In this document: in pieces, positions 55,874 through 64,000 of the stretch | Layout: each line of letters begins with the position of its first letter | How positions within the stretch are numbered: the first letter of the stretch is position 1 | DNA from: Octopus vulgaris | Taxonomy: Eukaryota | Assembly: GCA_951406725.2 (NCBI GenBank) | Contig: OX597825.1 | Coordinates: forward strand, 64,666,001 to 64,730,000 | Length of the DNA: 64,000 nucleotides | Direction: 5' to 3' | The notes under the pieces: model-generated | What the model was told of the DNA's origin: nothing | Databases searched by the model: none | What the model saw: only the letters and a program-made list of their open reading frames with translations | Made by a program: the position numbers and the translations under genes

Positions 55874-56196
55874 TGAAGAGATTGATGTCAAAGTCAGGCA
55901 TACACTTGTACAATCACAAACGTTGTTATGTGTGTGTATGCGCATATATGTGAGCGTGTGAACCTGCACGCGTGTGTACATATTAAATGGGTGGTCTCAT
56001 AAGCATAAACACAATTATACTCACGCATAAGTGTGTATTATGTGTGTGCATACATTTATGCTTACATATATATTTATATATATGTTTTTATTCATAGCCT
56101 GAAAGGGACAGGGCTTCGTCAGAAGCATGCAATGCCTTTATAACTATATCTATATATCTATGTATATCTATCTATCTATCTCTGTCTCTCTCTCTC

Positions 56197-56270
<74 letters not shown>
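55681..56270 (+). repeat. Direct duplication of ~190 bp (copies at 55681 and 56049, offset 368)
   Basis: catacatttatgcttacata...cctgaaagggacagggct(t/c)..cagaagcatgcaatgcctttataactatatc... occurs twice, nearly identical. Confidence 0.9.
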
Positions 56271-56291
<21 letters not shown>

Positions 56292-56651
56292 CATAGAGAG
56301 AAACTTGCCTTTTAAGTATCTACATTGTCTGTGCTCGACTATATATGAGATGAGGGAGTGCTATTATGCTTCAAACCTAAAGTTCAGAAACTATACCCCT
56401 GACAATCTCCTCTGTTAGGCTAAAACCTCGCATTAGTTCAATTGTGTTTGAATTCGTGAATATCTTGAAGACAAACAGCAGCAAATCCACTTTCTATCAA
56501 CAATTGTGACCAACAAATCTGACTAGGAATCCTGACGTCGAATGTTCAACTACGCTATACAGTAACTACTGTGTGTTTTTCTGTAGTATTTTTACAATAG
56601 GATAAAATTTATATTATTTGCTCTCAACCGAAGAGCCATATGAATGCGCCA

Positions 56652-56849
<198 letters not shown>

Positions 56850-56866
56850 GTGTGTGTGTGTGTGTC

Positions 56867-57103
56867 GAGGCGCAATGGCCTAGTGGTTAGGGCTGCGGAC
56901 TCGCGGTCGCAGGATCGCGGTTTGATTCCCAGACCGGGCGTTGTGAGTGTTTATTGGCAAAACACCTAAAAGTACTCTTTCACCACTCTTTCTTCTGTCG
57001 TGCTCGCTTAGCCAGCGGGGTGGCGTCATTCGAAGGCTAAAACAATGCGAACGCATTGTGACAAGCGATGTGTAACTACATCTGCGGTTTCGATGATCCC
57101 GTG

Positions 57104-57105
<2 letters not shown>
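56867..57105 (+). mobile_element. Family C SINE with internal deletions, 3' module type 3
   Basis: Head gaggcgcaatggcctagtggttagggctgcggactcgcggtcgcaggatcgcgg; 3' module gctcgcttagccagcggggtggcgtcattcgaaggctaaaacaatgcgaacgcattgtg. Confidence 0.85.
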
Positions 57106-57147
<42 letters not shown>

Positions 57148-57365
57148 TAGATAGTTATAGATATATTCTTATTCCTTTACTTGTTTCAGTCATTAATCGT
57201 CATGGGGCCAGTTAAATTGTTTTTAATCGAAGAAACTGATTAAAAACAATCGGTTTGTTTTGCCGAAGGCTAGTGCTCAAATCAGTGTCATTGTCAAACA
57301 TAGATGCGCACACACATATCAAATGACTGAAACAAGTAAAGGAATAAAAGAATATATCTATATAC

Positions 57366-57410
<45 letters not shown>

Positions 57411-57519
57411 GTGATCACGTGACCGACCAGACCATCAGATGTTGCTACACATCGCTGGTCACAATGCGTTCGCATTGTTTTAGCCTTCGAATGATGCCAC
57501 CCCGCTGGCTAAGCGAGCA
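57001..57519. repeat. Nested inverted repeat: A-(TA)n-B-loop-B'-(TA)n-A'
   Basis: A 57001-57084 pairs with A' 57436-57519 (family C 3' module). B 57158-57194 pairs with B' 57322-57360 (family B tail plus flanking tagatata). Confidence 0.85.
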
Positions 57520-57556
57520 GGTCAATATATGTATATATATATATGTATATATATAA

Positions 57557-57622
<66 letters not shown>

Positions 57623-57644
57623 GGAATGGAATAATTACTATGAA

Positions 57645-57963
57645 GCATTGTGTTGTGTATTTTGTATAAAGGATCGTGGGTAAGGCTAAAACAATGCGAA
57701 GTAAATGCAAGGTAAATCACAAGAAAAGAAATATATGAATGAATATAGGCTTACCTTCTATTCAATATTTCGGGGTTATGACCCCATTTTCAAGAAATTG
57801 ATGTCAATTCCTTAAAAATTGGGTCATAACCCCGAAATATTGAATAGAAAGTAAGTCTACATTAATTCACATATTTGTTTTCTTGCGATTTACCTTGCAT
57901 GTACTTCGCTTTTTTTTTTTTTTGGCCTTAAACACAATCCTTTATACAATATATATATAATGC
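57645..57963. repeat. ~320-bp fold-back palindrome
   Basis: Arms of ~160 bp centred at 57802/57803, including a perfect 29-bp match between 57756-57784 and 57821-57849. Confidence 0.92.
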
Positions 57964-58156
57964 AGCACGGAATTTTGTCAGTAAAGAGGTCGCGTTCTTA
58001 AAGTGACGAAAATATTTTGTCAAATTAAATGTAAATATTGAATCTAACGGTTTTTGTGTGTTTTTAAATGGCATATAAACACCTTCCACACTGCAATTGT
58101 TACTTTTTTAGCGCAGGCCACTTGCTATGCAATTACATCATCTCCATAATACGTAC

Positions 58157-58191
<35 letters not shown>

Positions 58192-58217
58192 CGTGTATGT
58201 GTGTGTGTGTGTGTGTA

Positions 58218-58390
58218 TAGGGGAGAATTCACATAAAAACAAAAGACAGAGGCAGGTGGTGTAGACAACAAACAGACTTATTAGCTTAACGCTCAGTAAG
58301 TGTAAAAATCTTTAACGTTTCGAGCCTATGCTCTTTCACAGAGAGGAACACAGAAAGAAACAAGGAGAGAAAATAAAGAATGTGTAGTGG
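58218..58390 (-). repeat. Dispersed repeat with a hammerhead-like motif (copy 2)
   Basis: Minus strand reads ctct-ctgtgaa-a-gagc-atag-gctc-gaaa-cgtt-aaag at ~58345-58310; homologous to 39930-40110. Confidence 0.7.
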
Positions 58391-58402
58391 CTAGCGATCT
58401 GG

Positions 58403-58550
58403 CCTTCTTTCACTTCACCAAAATCCACTCACAAGGCTTTCGTCGGCCCGGGGCAATAGTAAAAGATGCTCGCCCGAGGTACCACACAGTGGGGCTGAAC
58501 CTAGAACTATGTGAATGGGAAGCAAAATTCTTACCACACAGCTACACCTA
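58403..58550 (-). mobile_element. Family B SINE 5' half (decayed)
   Basis: aaatccactcacaaggcttt..gtcggcccggggcaatagta...cagtggggctgaacc...cttaccacacagctacacc. Confidence 0.75.
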
Positions 58551-59302
58551 TACAGAAAAACATCTAAATACATAAATGCGTAGAATTACACATGCTAGCA
58601 CTATAGCCTTTATCAATATATGAGTGCGTGTGTATAGTAAGGTATACATGTATGTACATATCTTCAGTTATTGTATCCATAGCGAAATCAATAATGAATA
58701 AATGCAAAATACAATTCGCATTTGTATGCACACACACACACACACACACGCACACATTGGCACACAGAAATGTACATACATGAGCATAGATACACAATTA
58801 TACTATTCTACGAGTTCGTACATGTCCGCATCGAGATGTATCCATACGTGTACACATTTAATCGGTTACATACATGCATAAATTTGCATGCGAACATTTT
58901 ATATATTTACAGTGTATACGTAAGTATAAGTATATACATTCATACACAGACACTCACAGACACACACACTTGTGTGTGTGTGTCTGTGTATTTATGTTTG
59001 TATGCAAATACGTACATACAAATAAATTCTATACCTCTATTTGCATGTCTGTTTATACATATGAGGAGGTCGCATAGGTGGAGAAGCATGAAATTTTAAA
59101 TTGCTGCTATATTTTATGATTCATTTTATGCGAATATGTCATAATGTAACCATAAAGTTAAAAGTTAACAAAACAATACGTATATATTCTTATGTTCAAT
59201 AATATCGTACACGCACATACCTATAGACATATGGAATACACACTTTACTCACATGCATCTGATTTCATATACGTGTGTGAGTGTGTGTGAGTGTTCACGT
59301 TG

Positions 59303-59360
<58 letters not shown>

Positions 59361-60697
59361 GCCTCGCCCTTTCTCTTTCTTTCTCTCTCTCTCTCTCTCT
59401 CTCTCTGTCTATCTATCTAACAATCTATCTATCTATCTGCATACACACATATGCACAAAGATTTATTTGTATAAATGTATCTGTATGTATTTGGGGAACA
59501 GATTTCTTTTCAAATATATTCTACGTATGTGTTGTGTGTGACTTTGAGTGTCTTTTGTACTCTGTGCATGTGTGTGTGTGTATTTATATGTGTTTGTTTG
59601 TGTGTGTGTGTGTTTGTGTGTGCATGAGAATATGTGATATTTTTGCTAATGTAGCTTAGAATATAATCGATTCCTCTTTGGTATAACTCGTTATCTACTC
59701 TACCCAGAGAGCATGCAGAACCTCAATATTGTATTCGCTTCCATTAGAGTTAAATGTATTGTTTCTTTCAGCTTATAGTCTCTCGTTCCATTTGTTATAG
59801 TAGCATAGATGGATTGATCGGAAGATGTCATTGTTGAATGAAAAATATGAAAACAACCACATCTGTTAGACTTCTGAACAATTATTTCCTCATTCTAGTT
59901 TCTGTTCTGGTTTTATCTCACTCTCACCCAAATATGCCTTGCTGAGCTCATCCTAATGGTTTTCCCTTCTCTCTTTTTACTATATATCTCTATCTCTTTC
60001 TCGCTGTTATCACTCACTCATATATATAGTTAGTACATTTAATCTTGGACTAACTAGGACACATACTCACACAATCTGACATACACGTATATACACACAT
60101 ATATAACCTTTACGACTAAACGCGCTTCGAAAACAGGCATCCGTCTTCACTCCAAAAATGGCTGTCATATATAGCAATTGCTTCTACATCAGTTGCGAAC
60201 ATTTTCTGTTTTCTGAAAACATCCAAACTCTGGCAAACATATTCAAGTCAACAATATCCTCATATTAAACTTGTTCAATTGAGATGACAGTGAAATATAT
60301 ACAGTATAAAAACAATAAAATTCTGCAGTTTGAAAATAGTTGTTTACAATGTCAATAAGCTGACATCAAATACCAGGCTCTTTAGATAGCTAGCTACCAA
60401 TTTCAACATGATTGACGATTGCACTTGCGACTATATGAAATTCTTTTCGAAAATTTTGGTTTGTTATTATCTAATTGTATTCATCTGGAATCATTCTGAA
60501 AGAACACAGGTTATATCTGCAATGCACTTGATAAAATTATCCCCCAACCTAAGCAATCCTTGATAATAACAAAGCTAGAAGAAAACGCCAACAACAACCC
60601 GTCGCAGAATCAGACGTCAAATATCATCATAAAGTGTAAGAGGGGTAAAAATGTCCCAGCTCAACAATTTTTTTCTTTTGTAAAATAAAGAAGAGTA

Positions 60698-61000
60698 GAG
60701 GCGCAATGGCTCAGTGGTTAGGACAGCGGACTCGCGGTTGGAGGATCGTGGTTTCGATTCCCAGATCGGGTGTTGTGTGTGATTATTGAGTGAAAATACC
60801 TAAAAGCTCCACGAGGCTCCGGCAGGGGGTGGTGGCGACCCCTGTTGTACTCTTTCGCCACAACTTTCTCTCACTCCCTCTTCCCGTTTCTTGAGTAACG
60901 CTGCGATGGACTGGCGTCCCGTCCAACTGGGCGGAACACATACGCCACAGAAACCGGGAAACCGGGCCCATGAGCCTGGCTAAAGTTGAAAAGGGCGACG
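60698..61000 (+). mobile_element. Full-length family C SINE, 3' module type 2 (V-domain-like)
   Basis: Head gaggcgcaatggctcagtggttaggacagcggactcgcgg; shared body; ctgcgatggactggcgtcccgtcca resembles the V-SINE central domain. Confidence 0.85.
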
Positions 61001-61544
61001 TTTATTATTTTTTTTAAATACAGAAGACATAAAGGAAATACACTGAACGGATATTCCTCATATTAATCTCTTATGGCCAAAAATAACTTGAACTCACGAA
61101 TCGAAAGCGATGAGTGAAATAAAATAATTCAAAAGCGTAAAGAAAGAAAAGAGAGAAAACTATTTCAGTGAGTCAGCGTTAACAACAAAGTTTGCACTGG
61201 AGCCACAATTTGTATACCGAATGGGAAAATAAAAAAGGCTTCTTAAAAGTAACAGCTTCTTAAGTAAATTTTAAGATATCTGGGGAAATGTATCCAGACA
61301 GAATACACAATGGCAAGATTCCATGACAAAAGAGTTTTGCACAAAGATAAATTGTGAAAATTAGAGAATTAGCTGTGAAACTTCGAAACGCTGTGTAATG
61401 GTAGAGCAATTGGGAAATGTTTAACTGTTGGATATTCGTAGAAAATGTTCTAAAAAATCACTAATACTCATATATATAAAATAACTACGGTAACCCTTAT
61501 GGCTTCTGTTGTTAGTGTATTCTAGTTTTAGTAAATAAATATTT

Positions 61545-61758
61545 GTTTCATATTTTGGCACAAGGCCAGAAAGTTTAGGGAAGTGGGAAAGTCAATTACA
61601 ACGACTTGCCAGTGTTCAACTGGTATTTATTTTATCGACTCAGCTTCGGCAGGATTTGATCTTAAAGCATAAAGACGGACAAAATCCGCTAAGCACTTAG
61701 CCCGGTGTGCCAGCCGGCTGCCTTGTGTTAGTAAATAAATATCGCACACGCATGCATA

Positions 61759-61836
<78 letters not shown>

Positions 61837-62465
61837 CATTATTTGGCGGCGAGATGAAAGAAAGCACCATTTTGCTCTATTTGTTCAGACACTTTACATT
61901 CAGAAATCAAATCCTGCTATACTTAAATTTGCCTGCCATCCTTTGGGGGTCGATAAAATTTGAACCAGTTTAGGGAGGCGAGGCTGGCAGAAACGTTAGC
62001 ATACCAAGCGAAATGCTGAGCGGAATTTCGTCTGCCGTTACGTTCTGAGTTCAAAATCCGCCGAGGTTGACTTTGCCTTTTATATACTTTCGGGGTCAAT
62101 TAAATAAGTACCATTTACACACAGGGGTCGATGTAATCGACTTAATCTCTTTGTCTGTCCTGGTTGGTACCCTCTATGTTTAGCCCCCCACCCCTGTGGG
62201 CAATAAAGAAATCGATATGAACCAGTACAGCACTGGGGGTCGATGTTTTCTTCCGACTCCCATCAAAAACTACTGGCACGACGCCTATATTTGAAACTAT
62301 TGTTATTATCATAGTAATCATGTAATGCTCTTAGCGACGGACAAAATTAATTTATCTTAACGGAGTCGATTAAATAAAGCACAAGTCAAATATTGTTATC
62401 GAATATATCGACAAATCCCCTCCCCTCAAAAATACTGCCATTTTGCCTAAATTACAAGCCATTAT
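61545..62465. mobile_element. Cluster of family A SINE copies (minus 61545-61725; plus ~61843, ~61976-62215 and later tails) around (ATT)n
   Basis: Recognisable heads, cores and tails. The 61976-62215 copy is the best preserved and appears nested in an older copy. Confidence 0.75.
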
Positions 62466-62728
62466 TGTATTATTGCTATTTTAGTGCCTCCTTTTACTGT
62501 GTTAACACTATTTTGATTTTAGATGATACTGTTCGCGACCTCTCGTCAATAAGATTATCCCGGCTCAGAATAGAATTAACACTTTAACCACAAAGGAAAT
62601 AAAAATATTACACTCTTTACATATTAATTATTGTGCATTATTCCGCGTAAAAGTCTTGTTTTTACCGACAAGTGGAAAAGAATACACACACAAAGCTTTC
62701 ACGCACACCACAAAAAGATCTCTCTCGC

Positions 62729-63140
<412 letters not shown>

Positions 63141-63479
63141 ATCTGTTTGTGTGTGCATTTGTGCCTATTTCTTTACATGTATGAATATATAACTGAAATG
63201 GTTATGCGAGATATACTGTATACGCACAAACACGACTGCGAATATATCGATATATCTAGAAAATTTGATTATTCTCATATCAGTATAGCATTTCTTAGTT
63301 ATGTAAAAATATTCACATTTATATAAGTTTGATAAGAATGTAAAACTCATCAAATATAGAATGTATCAATTTGTATATATGCATACAATCGTTCACACAC
63401 GCTCACGCATGCACATACATACGCACACACACATACTTATATACACATATATATTACATACGTATAACGTATATTTGCT

Positions 63480-63539
<60 letters not shown>

Positions 63540-63585
63540 CATATGTATGTATATGCTTTATACAGATTTATAGATGTAGTCACAA

Positions 63586-63618
<33 letters not shown>

Positions 63619-64000
63619 CACACATACACACACACACAGATATATATATTATACACACATATTATATATAGCATATACACATATTATGCATAAATATAAA
63701 AATGAGAAACGCTGTTTGTGTGTGTCAGTTCGTGAGTATTATTATGAATAGATGTACATGTGTATATTTTGTATTAAATTGTGTGTCGATAGATTTGGAG
63801 ACTGGCTGAATTGAAATAAAGTCTAAATATGATGTCTGAACTCCTAAAAATCAATAGCAATGTGCCCAATGAGAAATTAACTTAATTATGTCACTGAAAT
63901 TACCATTTTTATTTCCCATAAGATTTCATCCTCTAAAACAGTGCATCCAATTTACATCCTTCACCATGGTAACCAGATCGATGTGGACCTTGTTAGTGGC

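Overview
AT-rich, microsatellite-saturated eukaryotic non-coding DNA. The repeat complement (several tRNA-derived SINE families and dense TA/TG/AAT/ACAT tracts) looks like a cephalopod genome, probably Octopus; this is recognition from memory, not a database result. No intact protein-coding gene can be supported, and almost all listed ORFs are microsatellite or SINE translations. Supported content: (i) three tRNA-headed SINE groups: family A (Nin/Deu-like core), family B (CORE-like with an internal microsatellite) and family C (one shared head with three different 3' modules); (ii) two decayed Penelope-like retroelements, a decayed R4/Dong-like LINE, an internally deleted mariner, a non-autonomous Helitron, and piggyBac-like and Tc1/mariner-like MITEs; (iii) three ~300-520 bp fold-back structures; (iv) several strong minus-strand splice acceptors that may be exons of a long host gene. 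The most notable observations are 184-bp concatemers of family A whose recurrent junction falls in the anticodon-like loop (a possible circular or concatemeric RNA intermediate), a dispersed repeat with a minimal hammerhead-like motif, and nested inverted duplications. Boundaries of degenerate elements are approximate.
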